Part shown: positions 39,330-50,009 of the stretch, in pieces
Numbering within the stretch: the first letter of the stretch is position 1
Layout: every line of letters starts with the position of its first letter
NCBI GenBank assembly: GCA_965205865.1
Contig: CBDBHR010000030.1
Location: forward strand, 1,184,001-1,248,000
Direction of reading: 5' to 3'
Origin: a bacterium
GTDB lineage: Bacteria > SAR324 > NAC60-12
DNA: 64,000 nt
Notes under the pieces: model-generated
What the model saw: only the letters and a program-made list of their open reading frames with translations
Database searches by the model: none
What the model was told of the DNA's origin: nothing
Position numbers and translations under genes: made by a program

Positions 39330-40286
39330 ATGAAAGCCTATCTCATCCGGCGGGTATTGCTGGTAATCCCCACCCTGTTTATCCTGAGCATCCTGGTCTT
39401 TCTCTCGGTGCGCTTCATCCCCGGCGACGTCGTAGATGCCATGTTGGGTCAGCTGCAGTCGACAATAGGGAGGATAGACCGTGCAGCCGTTGAGCGTCGG
39501 CTGGGACTGGACGTGCCGGTCTGGGAGCAGTATGGACGCTGGATCGGCCAGATTCTCCGGCATGGCAGCCTGGGCAAATCCCTGTGGGGCGAATGGACGG
39601 TAGAGGAGAGGATACTAGCTAGCCTGCCGATCACCCTTGAGCTTGGCGTCCTGGCCATCGTAATCGGGCTTGTGATCGCGCTGCCCGTGGGTATCTACTC
39701 GGCGATGCGCCAGGATACGGTCGGCGATTACGCGGGGCGTTCCCTGGCCATCATCGGCCTGGCCACGCCGAACTTCTGGCTGGCCATTATGGTGATACTC
39801 TACCCGGCCATCTGGTGGGGCTGGACGCCGCCGATGCAGTGGGTTCCTTTCACCAAAGACCCGCTGGGGAATCTCGGGATATTCCTCATTCCCAGCGCGA
39901 TTCTGGGGACAGCCATGGCCGCCGCCACCATGCGCATGACGCGCACTATGATGCTGGAGGTGCTCCGGCAGGACTATATCCGCACCGCTTGGTCCAAGGG
40001 CCTCAGGGAGCGGGTCGTGATTATCCGGCACACCATCAAAAATGCCCTCATCCCGGTGGTAACTCTGATCGGCCTGCAGTTGCCGATCCTGGTAGGGGGC
40101 GCGGTGATCATGGAGAATATCTTCAACCTGCCGGGACTCGGTCGTCTCATGCTGGATGCCCTGCAACACCGGGACTACCCGGTGGTCCAGGGAACCAACC
40201 TGTTTTTCGCGACCGGGGTGGTGCTGCTCAATCTTTTGATCGACCTGATATATCCCTATTTGGACCCCAGAGTCAGATATGAATAG
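39330..40286 (+). CDS. Peptide ABC permease (DppB-like)
   Basis: YIRTAWSKGL, YPYLDPRV. Confidence 0.93.
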   Translation: MKAYLIRRVLLVIPTLFILSILVFLSVRFIPGDVVDAMLGQLQSTIGRIDRAAVERRLGLDVPVWEQYGRWIGQILRHGSLGKSLWGEWTVEERILASLPITLELGVLAIVIGLVIALPVGIYSAMRQDTVGDYAGRSLAIIGLATPNFWLAIMVILYPAIWWGWTPPMQWVPFTKDPLGNLGIFLIPSAILGTAMAAATMRMTRTMMLEVLRQDYIRTAWSKGLRERVVIIRHTIKNALIPVVTLIGLQLPILVGGAVIMENIFNLPGLGRLMLDALQHRDYPVVQGTNLFFATGVVLLNLLIDLIYPYLDPRVRYE

Positions 40287-40334
40287 TCGTTATGCTTCTG
40301 GTAAATATAGGTTTGAGATTCGTCTGTCAGAAGT

Positions 40335-40742
40335 AGTCCCTGAGGGACGAAAGGAAGTAGCCCAGCGATTCATCGCTGGGAACAAAAGATAGTCTCCTTC
40401 AAAGTCCCGGAGGGACGATACAACAATGAGGTTTCATGTCCCATTCCTACATCAGCAATCATCTTCATGGTGTCTTTTGCGCAAAAAACCGAGTTGAGAT
40501 GATGACTCCTGAAATCAAAAAGCGCCTTTTTCCTTATTTGACATCATGAGCGTTATATTTGGGAGTAACTCGCTGGATCGAAGAAGTGTCGTCCCTCCGG
40601 GACTAGCTGAGGAGGAGGGGGGTTCCTTTCCCAGCGATGAATCGCTGGGCTATTCCCTTTCGTCCCTCTGGGACTAGCTGAGGAGGGGGTTCCTTTCCCA
40701 GCGATGAATCGCTGGGCTATTCCCTTTCGTCCCTCCAGGACT
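40335..40742. mobile_element. REP-like inverted repeats flanking a deleted IS200/RAYT-like Y1 tnpA remnant (40436-40568)
   Basis: GTCCC..GGGAC and CCCAGCGA..TCGCTGGG palindromes in opposite orientations. Remnant MSHSYISNHLHGVFCAKNR...PYL / ERYIWE*. Confidence 0.75.
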
Positions 40743-40764
40743 GCATTATAGAAAAATCGAGAAC

Positions 40765-41733
40765 ATGAGCGACAGCATAGAGACGCCATCCCCGATCATT
40801 GAGTCCAAGCGACGGGGCCGGTTTGTGGATTTCTTCATCAGGCTGATCAGGGAAAAGCCCCTCGGGACGTTTGGCGGGATAGTCACCTTGATCTTTATTT
40901 TGTTGGCGATCTTTGCCGAGCTTCTGGCGCCTTATCCCTATCGGGAAATACACCTGGCCGACATACTAAAAGGCCCAGCCGCCCAGTATCTGCTGGGGAC
41001 CGACCATTTGGGGCGAGACCTGTTGAGCCGCCTTCTCTACGGGGCTCGTATTTCCTTGACCGTCGGTCTGGCCGCGACGGTGCTGAATGTGGTGGTCGCT
41101 GTCCTGATTGGCGGCACTTCCGGATTCCTGGGGGGGAAAGTGGACCTGGCGGTGCAGCGCTTTGTCGATGCCTGGATGGCCTTCCCGGGGCTGCTCTTGT
41201 TGTTAACCATCATGTCCATCGTGGGACAAGGCCTCCTCCAGATCATCGTGGTGTTGGGGATTACCGGAGGTGTCGGCGGCTCCCGAGTCATCCGAGGCGC
41301 CGTGGTGGGCATCAAAGAGAATGACTATTTCCTGGCAGCCAGGGCCGTAGGCACTCCCACGCGCCATATCCTGACCCGCCATGTGCTGCCCAATATTATG
41401 GCGCCCCTCATCATCATCTTCTCGATCAACATTGGCGGCGTAATCATCGCCGAGGCGTCGCTGAGCTTCCTGGGATTCGGGCTGCCCCTCAAGGTTCCCA
41501 GCTGGGGAGGAATGCTCAGCCGGGAAGGGCGGGAATTCATGGAGCGGGCGCCCCGGCTGGCGCTCTGGCCGGGGCTGTGCCTGACGATTGTCGTCTACTC
41601 TCTCAACATGTTCGGAGACGCCATGCGAGACCTGCTGGATCCCCGGCTGCGAGGCGGACAGGGAAGTTACGGCGCCACGGGGAAACGCAAACGAGGTCTC
41701 TTGGCCCGACTGATCAACCCTTTCAACTGGTAA
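40765..41733 (+). CDS. Peptide ABC permease (DppC-like)
   Basis: LGTDHLGRD, GDAMRDLLDPR. Confidence 0.93.
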   Translation: MSDSIETPSPIIESKRRGRFVDFFIRLIREKPLGTFGGIVTLIFILLAIFAELLAPYPYREIHLADILKGPAAQYLLGTDHLGRDLLSRLLYGARISLTVGLAATVLNVVVAVLIGGTSGFLGGKVDLAVQRFVDAWMAFPGLLLLLTIMSIVGQGLLQIIVVLGITGGVGGSRVIRGAVVGIKENDYFLAARAVGTPTRHILTRHVLPNIMAPLIIIFSINIGGVIIAEASLSFLGFGLPLKVPSWGGMLSREGREFMERAPRLALWPGLCLTIVVYSLNMFGDAMRDLLDPRLRGGQGSYGATGKRKRGLLARLINPFNW

Positions 41734-41895
41734 GCGCGCAATATGAAATATACTCGCCTGAATCGAATGGTCTCTTAAGAGACCTCAATAGTAACCTTGA
41801 ATATTAAAATGCGATCCCATATCTTGGTTCCTGTTCTCAACTCGAATCGATATCCTGCTTTGCCGGTCCTTCTTACAGATGCCATAGAAAATAAA

Positions 41896-43251
41896 ATGAA
41901 CTCTAATAAAGTCAGAGATTCGGTGGTTGCCCTTTTTACCTGCAAAGATCGTGTATTTGTCATCCAAAGGCAGTCTTATTTGACGGTTTTCCCCGGTTAT
42001 CATTCATTTCCGGGAGGCAAAGTGGATCGGGAAGATTCGCATCAACCCTATGAGATTCGTTTTCTCCGTGACCACAAAGCCCAGATGATGCATGCCCTTT
42101 GTCGTGAAGTTGAAGAAGAATTGAATTTTGATTTGGCAGCCGCCATTTTAAGGGGTCAGGTCGAACATTTTTCAAAATTCGGATATGCCATCACTCCTGT
42201 TTTCAATCCTGTTCGTTTCAATGCCCGATTTTATAGAATAGAACTGACCTCCCGGGTGGAATTCAATGTGGACAGTAACGAAACGGCATGGGCGAGTTGG
42301 CTTTCTGCGCAGGATTTTATGAAGCAATACCAACAGGGACAGATTTTGGCTGCCGTTCCCACACTGCGCGTGATGGAGAGGTTGGCTGAAAATCCGAATG
42401 TCAATAATTTGGCAGAACTGCATTTGAGTTATGATCCGCAAAACGAAGTGCCTTGTATGCAGCCCGTCTATCAAGTAGTGCAGCTGCCGGTTCCATCGAA
42501 TACTCTTCCTCCTGCGGAAAGCACGAATGCCTTCATTCTGGGCGATGATCATTGCGAGCGTTATCTGGTAGATCCTTCGCCGGCATCTCCGGAGGTGTTG
42601 GCACGTTTGCATCATGTGGTCCGTTCCTTCCGAATAACGGGTGTTTTTTTAACGCACCATCACCCGGATCATCATCAATTCTGCAACAAACTGGCCCGTG
42701 ACTTTCAAGTTCCAATAAAAATGAGCCGGGATTCCTATGAACGGATTTGTAAGAAATTCGGCCATGAATATTTTGACAAGCTTGAAATCCAGTTTGCTCA
42801 GGAAGGGGACATTCTCACTCAATGGCTGGGTAAAGATATCCAAATTTTTGAGATTCCAGGGCATGATGAAGGGCAATTGGGGTTGGCGCCAACGACGATG
42901 GACTGGTTTCTGGTAGGAGATTTGATGCAGGGCGTCGGAACTGTCGTGATTGCAGCGCCGGAAGGAAATATGAAAAAATATTTTGCGTCCCTGGAGAAGG
43001 TCATCTCGTTGGACCCCAAGATCATCATTCCTTCTCATGGCATACCTCTGAGAACCACGTTGTACCTCAAAAGAGCCCTGGAACATCGGCAGATGAGAGA
43101 GCGACAGATTCTACAACTTTACAAGGAGGGAAAATCAAAAGAGGAAATGTTGTCGACACTCTATCAGGATATCGACCCTCGATTACTGCAGGCAGCCTTG
43201 CGCAATATCGAATCCCATCTGGCAAAGCTGCAAACAGACCATTTGATTTGA
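41896..43251 (+). CDS. NUDIX hydrolase / metallo-beta-lactamase-fold fusion protein
   Basis: FPGGKVD..REVEEE Nudix box; THHHPDH, PGH, GD and PSHG MBL motifs. Confidence 0.88.
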   Translation: MNSNKVRDSVVALFTCKDRVFVIQRQSYLTVFPGYHSFPGGKVDREDSHQPYEIRFLRDHKAQMMHALCREVEEELNFDLAAAILRGQVEHFSKFGYAITPVFNPVRFNARFYRIELTSRVEFNVDSNETAWASWLSAQDFMKQYQQGQILAAVPTLRVMERLAENPNVNNLAELHLSYDPQNEVPCMQPVYQVVQLPVPSNTLPPAESTNAFILGDDHCERYLVDPSPASPEVLARLHHVVRSFRITGVFLTHHHPDHHQFCNKLARDFQVPIKMSRDSYERICKKFGHEYFDKLEIQFAQEGDILTQWLGKDIQIFEIPGHDEGQLGLAPTTMDWFLVGDLMQGVGTVVIAAPEGNMKKYFASLEKVISLDPKIIIPSHGIPLRTTLYLKRALEHRQMRERQILQLYKEGKSKEEMLSTLYQDIDPRLLQAALRNIESHLAKLQTDHLI

Positions 43252-43356
43252 TATCTGAATCTTCAAGACCCTGATTTGATTATAGTGCCAGATGACACCA
43301 GATGAAAAATCAGAAACTTCCGGAGCATTGAATACGAAGGTTACGATAAGGACCGA

Positions 43357-43740
43357 TTATGCCCGGAGTTGTTTTGTTAGAATCGTATTTTCCCTTTTCA
43401 AAACTCTGAATTGTTCATCGAGTGCTGCAATGACGCTATTTTTCATGTGCAGCAATTCCAGGAGGGTTTCATCACACTCTCCGACGCGCACCAAGGACGT
43501 GCTCACCACCATCTCTTCTCTTCCAGTCTCATACCAAGTCGGATTGAGCCCATATTTAATCTGCATGAGCATGACGGTTTGTTGGGACGGGTTGCTTTCC
43601 CCCCGTTTGATCTTGTAGAGCGCCTGCACTGAAATACCGATATTGTCCGTAACCTTTGTGAGTGAATATCCTTTATCTGATTTTAAATAATCAAGAAATT
43701 CAGAAAAGCGCTTCCTTTGCGCATTGGATCGAACCGTCAT
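43357..43740 (-). CDS. XRE-family HTH regulator
   Basis: KVTDNIGISVQALYKIKRGESNPS..YGLNPTWYETG. Confidence 0.8.
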   Translation of the reverse strand: MTVRSNAQRKRFSEFLDYLKSDKGYSLTKVTDNIGISVQALYKIKRGESNPSQQTVMLMQIKYGLNPTWYETGREEMVVSTSLVRVGECDETLLELLHMKNSVIAALDEQFRVLKRENTILTKQLRA

Positions 43741-43806
43741 TTTCTTATTTTTTAAAAGAGGTATGGATTTTATTCAAAAAGATGCTTGCAAAAATTTACC
43801 CTTGTT

Positions 43807-44484
43807 TCAGGAAGTTTTTCTATTTCGCGCGATCTTTTTTTCGAGTTCCTGCAGAAAATATTGGCGCAATCGCTCATCGACTTTTTTTGGAACCAGTTTT
43901 GTACCCCCGGCGATTATAGCGCTCAATGTTTTTTCCGGATTTTCTTCCGACACTATTTTTCCCTTGATCAGTAGCTTTTGGTCCATGGATAGTCCTGTTA
44001 ACAATTTTTTTAATGCCAGTCCCGTCAGTCTTTCTTGGAGCAATTGTTTGTATTCATTGTATTTGGCCCGATTCAACTGGTTCACATTAACCGGCGCCTT
44101 TTGCCCAATTTTCTTTTGCATGATCGCATTTTTCTTTTTCAAGGACTCGTTTTGATGAGTTAACTCTTCAATCACATGATTCTTCATGCGGATCAATTCC
44201 ATCAAAATCTCGTCCGAACGTTCAAGGAGACCCGAACCTTCCCTGACCTCCATCGTGCCTTGTCCGGTCTCGTACCAATTGGTATTCAATCCGTATTTGA
44301 TCTTGAGTAACATAACGGTTTGTTTGGAAGGATTGATTTCTCCTCGTTTGATTTTGTAGAGTCCCTGTACCGAAATTCCGATGTTCTCAGCAACTTTAGA
44401 ATAAGAAAATCCCTGATCTGATTTTAGATTCTCCAAAAATTCAGAGAACCTTCTTCTATGTAAGGCATCCCTATTAACACTCAT
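43807..44484 (-). CDS. XRE-family HTH regulator, longer paralog of the adjacent gene
   Basis: KVAENIGISVQGLYKIKRGEINPS..YGLNTNWYETG. Confidence 0.8.
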   Translation of the reverse strand: MSVNRDALHRRRFSEFLENLKSDQGFSYSKVAENIGISVQGLYKIKRGEINPSKQTVMLLKIKYGLNTNWYETGQGTMEVREGSGLLERSDEILMELIRMKNHVIEELTHQNESLKKKNAIMQKKIGQKAPVNVNQLNRAKYNEYKQLLQERLTGLALKKLLTGLSMDQKLLIKGKIVSEENPEKTLSAIIAGGTKLVPKKVDERLRQYFLQELEKKIARNRKTS

Positions 44485-44615
44485 TGTTGAATTCTTTCAT
44501 TTGAGATTAGCATTCCGGATCCACCCCCGAAATCGCGAATTGGGGCACTGTCCTTGTCATTACAACAGACTTCCTTTGGAAAAGTTTTCTCCGGTTTTCA
44601 AGATATTATTAAAAT

Positions 44616-44849
44616 AACCTGAGTTCGACATAAATCTTCAATAATATGAGTATCCTAGCGTATATGTCATCCTCGCGAAACTTGTCCCCGCGAAAGCGGG
44701 GAGCGGGGATCCGGATTTCAGTCTGGCTGCATACCTCCGGATTCCTTCCCTGCGTACGCAGGGATCTCGCAGGAATGACAAGGTTTCTCTAAGATATGAA
44801 GATTCCATAACATATTGAATTTATTAAATTCTTATCTCGAACTCAGGTT
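44616..44849. mobile_element. MITE copy 1 (TIR AACCTGAGTTCGA; TSD AAAAT)
   Basis: 13-bp TIRs, 5-bp direct repeat, internal GTCAT..GGATCC/GGATTC..ATGAC palindrome. Confidence 0.88.
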
Positions 44850-44955
44850 AAAATAGTCACCATAAAGCGTCGAATCGAACACTCCGGGAGCAAGTGAGCT
44901 GATGAAATTCAAATCATCCCGATTTATTTGCAGATTCTCCGAGTGGGAATGAAGG

Positions 44956-45567
44956 TTAAAGAATATGCGAACTTTGTAGTAACGTAATACCGGCGGATTT
45001 CATTTCTTCCAGTGCGTTTTTCACGTCCCCTGAATTGAGATCGACTCCGCGCGTGCCGTCAGTGATGAGATGAGTTTGATACCCCAAAGCCTGGGCATCC
45101 AATGCGGTGAATTTGACACAATAATCTGTCGCCAATCCCACCACATAAACCTCTGTCACACCTTTCTCTTTCAAATTCGAGTCCAGCCCGGTGGCGCTTT
45201 GGTGATCGTTGTCGAAAAATCCACTGTAGCTGTCGACGGTTTTTTTCATGCCTTTTTGGCATACGCAGGCAATTTTTGCCGTATTCAAACCTGCGATAAA
45301 CGCTGCTCCTTCCGTGCCCTGCACACAATGCGCCGGCCACAGTATTTGTTCAATACCATGGAGCATGATGATTTCCCCGGGTTCTTTGCCATGATGAACC
45401 GCAAAACTTTCATGGTCGGCAGGGTGCCAGTCCTGCGTTGCCACAACCAAGTCGAATGCGTTTTGCAATTGGTTGATCAAGGGAATGATTTGATCCCCTT
45501 GCGGAACTGGCAAGGCGCCACTCGGGGTAAAATCGTTTTGCAAGTCAACCAGGATCAATGCCCGCAT
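44956..45567 (-). CDS. pncA: Nicotinamidase/pyrazinamidase
   Basis: VDLQNDF, QDWHP, WPAHCVQ, ATDYCV. Confidence 0.95.
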   Translation of the reverse strand: MRALILVDLQNDFTPSGALPVPQGDQIIPLINQLQNAFDLVVATQDWHPADHESFAVHHGKEPGEIIMLHGIEQILWPAHCVQGTEGAAFIAGLNTAKIACVCQKGMKKTVDSYSGFFDNDHQSATGLDSNLKEKGVTEVYVVGLATDYCVKFTALDAQALGYQTHLITDGTRGVDLNSGDVKNALEEMKSAGITLLQSSHIL

Positions 45568-45599
45568 AAGCCTTACCGTGCTGGAGGTTATTGGTAATA

Positions 45600-45848
45600 A
45601 ACCTGAGTTCGAGATAAAAATTTAATAAATTCAATATGTTATGGAATCTTCATATCTTAGAGAAACCTTTTCATTCCTGCGAGATCCCTGCGTACGCAGG
45701 GAAGGAATCCGGAGGTATGCAGCCAGACTGAAATCCGGATCCCAGCTCCCCGCTTTCGCGAGGACAAGTTTCGCGGGGACAAGTTTCGCGAGGATGACAT
45801 ATACACTAGGATACTCATATTATTGAAGATTTATGTCGAACTCAGGTT
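45600..45848. mobile_element. MITE copy 2, inverted relative to copy 1
   Basis: Same TIRs and body; TSD imperfect. Confidence 0.88.
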
Positions 45849-47313
45849 AACAATAGTTTTCCCGGATCTGAAGAATCAGTTGAGTTTTCAAATCAAAAAG
45901 GGATTTTTCAATCCCCACCGGATATTGATGGGGATTGACGAATCGCGCGATACCGGGATGAAACTGGCACAATCCTTGCCGTACCTTCTTTCTGATTTGT
46001 TGAATGGAAGGCGTAGTATACACTTTTTTTCCTTTTTTGAAAATAGGAATCAACAAGTCTTCGGATTGCATACCTGCAGGAATTTTTCGCTGCCGGGTCA
46101 TGTCTAAGGGATCGACGATGGTGCATCCCTTGCTCAAGTCCGAATGGATGTCAAAAATCACATCTGCGCTATTTTCCTGCTCTGTGCGATAACGTCGAAC
46201 CTGTTGAACGCCGGGTGTCGTCACTTTCACGGCTTGTTCAGAGATTTTGACGCGATGTTCCCAGGACTGGCCGGGCTCTCGGGTTGCCGCAAGTTTATAG
46301 ACACCGTCTAATGCCGGCTGGTCATAGGCAGTAGCCAATTTTGTACCGACACCCCACATGTCGATTTTTGCATTTTGGTTTTTCAAACTGGCAATGATGA
46401 ATTCGTCCAATTCATTGCTGACGACAATTTTTGTATCGGAAAACCCATTTTCGTCCAGCATCTTTCGCGCTTCAATGCTCAGGTACGCCAAATCCCCCGA
46501 ATCCAGTCGGATTCCCAACAATGGATAGCCCTGAGCTTTCAGCCAACGTCCGGTTGCAATGGCATTTTTCACGCCTTGCAGAGAAGAATAGGTATCGACG
46601 ATGAGTACGCAGTTATTGGGTGAGGATTCAGCATAAGTCTGAAAGGCTTCCGCCTCTCCCGCAAAGCTCATCACCCAACTATGGGCGATGGTTCCGACAA
46701 CCGGAATGCCGAAATTTTTCCCTGCCAATACGTTTGAAGTCCCCGCGCACCCTCCGATAAAAGATGCCCGGCTGACCGTTAAACCACCGTCCACTCCTTG
46801 CGCGCGTCGAAGCCCGAATTCCAGAACAGGATCGCCTTTTGCGGCCAGACAGACGCGCGCGGCTTTGGTGGCAATCAAAGTCTGAAAGTTGATGATATTG
46901 AGTAAAATGGTTTCCAGTATCTGGCACTGCGCAAGGGGCCCCTGCACCCGTATCAGGGGTTCATAGGGAAAGACCACCGTTCCTTCGGGAATTGCATCGA
47001 CATCGCATTGGAAACGAAGGGTTTTCAGATAACGCAAAAAATCTCTATGAAAGAGGGCTTTCTCATCAATGCCTTGCAAAGAAGCCAGGTAGTCGAGTTC
47101 TTCCTGTTCAAAGCAGAAATTGTCCAGTAATTCGATGACGTTTTCTAAACCGCAGACGATGCCGAATCCTCCTTTAAAAGGAAGGGTTCTGAAAAATAAA
47201 TGAAATACGCTTTCTTTGGAAGCAATGCCGCTTTTCCAGTACCCGTAAGCCATGGTGAGTTGATAGAGATCTGTCAAAAGAATAGAATAACGTGAAATTC
47301 CTGGAGCTGTCAT
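45847..47313 (-). CDS. pncB: Nicotinate phosphoribosyltransferase
   Basis: LTDLYQLTM, EFGLRRAQG, GTIAHSW, IRLDSGDL. Confidence 0.95.
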   Translation of the reverse strand: MTAPGISRYSILLTDLYQLTMAYGYWKSGIASKESVFHLFFRTLPFKGGFGIVCGLENVIELLDNFCFEQEELDYLASLQGIDEKALFHRDFLRYLKTLRFQCDVDAIPEGTVVFPYEPLIRVQGPLAQCQILETILLNIINFQTLIATKAARVCLAAKGDPVLEFGLRRAQGVDGGLTVSRASFIGGCAGTSNVLAGKNFGIPVVGTIAHSWVMSFAGEAEAFQTYAESSPNNCVLIVDTYSSLQGVKNAIATGRWLKAQGYPLLGIRLDSGDLAYLSIEARKMLDENGFSDTKIVVSNELDEFIIASLKNQNAKIDMWGVGTKLATAYDQPALDGVYKLAATREPGQSWEHRVKISEQAVKVTTPGVQQVRRYRTEQENSADVIFDIHSDLSKGCTIVDPLDMTRQRKIPAGMQSEDLLIPIFKKGKKVYTTPSIQQIRKKVRQGLCQFHPGIARFVNPHQYPVGIEKSLFDLKTQLILQIRENYC

Positions 47314-47386
47314 TAGTATTTTTCCGAGTCGAATGGGTGCAGTGGGATCAAATCTATTCAGTCAAAAAAAGAGGCGAACATCTTGG

Positions 47387-48841
47387 CTATTCTTTCCAAA
47401 AAGAAGGATAAAACAGGACAATCACCGCAAACATTTCCAATCGCCCTGCCAGCATATTGAAAGAGAGGAACCATTTTCCAATGACGGAAAAATCATTAAA
47501 TTGATGGCCAGGTCCCACTTCTCCGAATCCCACGCCGACATTCATGATTGTGGCGATAACGGCACACATCGAACTGAAGTACTCCATCTCTTCCGTCAGT
47601 GCCAGCAAACCGCCTCCCAGCAAGATCCAAAGGATATTGACAATGAAAAAACTGAGGACCAATTCCACGGCTTTCACATCGAGCGAACGTCGGTCGATGC
47701 GGATGGGTCTCACTTCCAGGGGCTGCATCATTTTTCTAATCGTGGCATGCAAATATTTCAAGATAATAACGTAATGTATAATTTTGATCCCGCTGGTGGT
47801 CGATCCTGCCGACGCGCCAATGAACAATGTAATGAAAAGAAACATTTGAGCCGGGTGAGGCCATAATTCATAATCGACCGTCGTGAATCCGGTGGTTGTG
47901 AGCAGAGAGACGACTTGAAATGTTCCATGGCGGAGAGCGTCTGTCGGGGAATACGCATTTTCCCGCCATAATACCAGGGAAACGATGCTACAAATAAACA
48001 AGGTGATGCCAATGTACCAGCGAATTTCCGTGTTGATTTTCACAGATTCCCAGTTTCTTTTCAAGAGTTGATAGTGGAAAATAAAACTCATTCCTCCTAA
48101 AAACATAAAAAGGATCGTCACCCAGTCGACATAAGCATTGTTGTAATGCCCTATACTGGTGTTTTGGAGAGAGTAACCGGCAGTAGCCACCGTTCCGAAA
48201 GCATGGCAGAAAGCGTCAAACAAGGGTATACCTCCTCCCCGGAGCATGACACCATTCAAAAAAACAATTCCCAGATAGATCAGGCAAAGCCGAATTGCCA
48301 TTCCTTTCATCCGCAGAGGGAATTTTTTCGGAGTGACGACTTGCCCCGGATCTGCTTCTGATGAATAGAATGCCATCCCCCCTGATGACATGACAGGCAG
48401 GATAAAAATGGCGATCAGGAGAATAACCATCCCTCCCAGAAAATGGGTAAAGCTTCGCCAGAAAAGCAGCCCGTGCGGAAGGGATTCAATATCCGTTAAA
48501 ATGGTAGCCCCGGTTGTCGTGAAACCGGACATCATTTCAAAAAAGGCATCGGTAAACGAAGGGATCGCGCCATGAATCATAAAAGGCAACGTTGAAACGA
48601 AACAGATCAGGATCCATCCCACCGAAACAACGACGAAACCGTCCTTCACGCTCAATCTGGAATGCCTGCGAAAAAATTGCCAAAACAGCAATCCGACGAT
48701 GATGGCAATGGCTGCGGTGAGGAATAACGCGGAAGCGTCTCCGTCGCCATAAATAAGGGCCACCAGAAAAGGAAACACCATCATGCAACCCGTCACGACG
48801 GTCAAGATCCCCAAAACATACAAAATAGCAAAAAAATTCAT
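47387..48841 (-). CDS. trkH: Trk potassium uptake membrane protein
   Basis: SGFTTTGAT, TTTGF, GSTTSGIK, MLAGRLE. Confidence 0.92.
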   Translation of the reverse strand: MNFFAILYVLGILTVVTGCMMVFPFLVALIYGDGDASALFLTAAIAIIVGLLFWQFFRRHSRLSVKDGFVVVSVGWILICFVSTLPFMIHGAIPSFTDAFFEMMSGFTTTGATILTDIESLPHGLLFWRSFTHFLGGMVILLIAIFILPVMSSGGMAFYSSEADPGQVVTPKKFPLRMKGMAIRLCLIYLGIVFLNGVMLRGGGIPLFDAFCHAFGTVATAGYSLQNTSIGHYNNAYVDWVTILFMFLGGMSFIFHYQLLKRNWESVKINTEIRWYIGITLFICSIVSLVLWRENAYSPTDALRHGTFQVVSLLTTTGFTTVDYELWPHPAQMFLFITLFIGASAGSTTSGIKIIHYVIILKYLHATIRKMMQPLEVRPIRIDRRSLDVKAVELVLSFFIVNILWILLGGGLLALTEEMEYFSSMCAVIATIMNVGVGFGEVGPGHQFNDFSVIGKWFLSFNMLAGRLEMFAVIVLFYPSFWKE

Positions 48842-49119
48842 CCAACCCCTTCTCCAAAAACAATGAGGACAGGGTCCACTGACCTGAAAAATGCCACTTC
48901 TTGATCTCTCATAGCAGAAAAACCCGCATGAGGCACTTGAATTTTATTGGAATCACAATCATTCTTTTCCCATGATTTTTTTGTCATCCTTCAAAAAAGG
49001 GAGTAGCGCAGTTTGCGGGATTGCATCAGCATTTGTGTCAATTCGCGAGACGATATGTTACATTGAACACGTTCTTTTCAAATTGCTATCATACCTGTTA
49101 TTTTTTTGGGAAAGGCAGA

Positions 49120-49764
49120 ATGGGACAGGAAAAAACTGCATTGATTGTTTGCAATGGAGTACCTCCCACAAAAGAATTGATACGGCAATTGTGGCAAAAG
49201 GTTGATTTAAAAATCTGTGCTGATGGGGGAGCGAATCATGTGATTTCGCAGGGATTCCAGCCAGACGTCGTGGTGGGAGATATGGACTCGATTCTTCCTG
49301 AAATCCGGCAGCAGCTTGCTCCTGAACGACTGATTCAAATTGCGGATCAAATTACCAATGACGGAGATAAGGCCCTGCGTTATTGTTTGATGCGTCAAAT
49401 TCAAAAAGTGTACGTCTTAGGAGCAGCTGGAAGTCGCAGTGACCATTTTTTGGCCAATATCGAATTACTCTATAAATATGGTTCTCATCTGAAAATTATT
49501 TTATGGACCGGATGCGAACAAATCGAAGTGATTGATGGGGAATGGCAGGGAATTTTTCCTCCGGGCACGACATTGTCGTTGCATCCTTTGTTTGGTGCGG
49601 TTCATGGGATAACCACGAGCGGGTTGGCTTGGCCTTTGAAGAAGCAAACATTACAAATGGGAAAAGATCCCATGGGAGTTTCAAATAAAACTACAAAACC
49701 CACCGTCCATATTTCCATGGAGGAGGGGAAACTATTGTTGATCACCCAGAATTTCTGCTGTTGA
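49120..49764 (+). CDS. thiN: Thiamine diphosphokinase
   Basis: CADGGA, VGDMDS, GSRSDH, GVSN. Confidence 0.9.
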   Translation: MGQEKTALIVCNGVPPTKELIRQLWQKVDLKICADGGANHVISQGFQPDVVVGDMDSILPEIRQQLAPERLIQIADQITNDGDKALRYCLMRQIQKVYVLGAAGSRSDHFLANIELLYKYGSHLKIILWTGCEQIEVIDGEWQGIFPPGTTLSLHPLFGAVHGITTSGLAWPLKKQTLQMGKDPMGVSNKTTKPTVHISMEEGKLLLITQNFCC

Positions 49765-49890
49765 TTACCCCTGCCATTTATGATGTTTCGTGATCCAAAT
49801 CTTTATACCAATATGACTCTTGGCGTGACTTCATTTCCTCTTTTTCAATAAATTTTTTCACTGACCTTGGTAGGAAAAAAGAAAATTTAC

Positions 49891-49944
49891 TTGACAGAAA
49901 TATTTCCAATACTATAATTAGCACTCATAGCAAGCGAGTGCTAA
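49891..49944 (+). promoter_or_regulatory. Sigma70-type promoter with a perfect CIRCE operator
   Basis: TTGACA (49891)-16-TATAAT; TTAGCACTC-N9-GAGTGCTAA at 49918-49944. Confidence 0.97.
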
Positions 49945-50009
49945 TACTAATCAGACACCAGATGAAGATTATCAGAAGTGGTCGTAAGGTTCATGTGGGA
50001 GACGGATCT

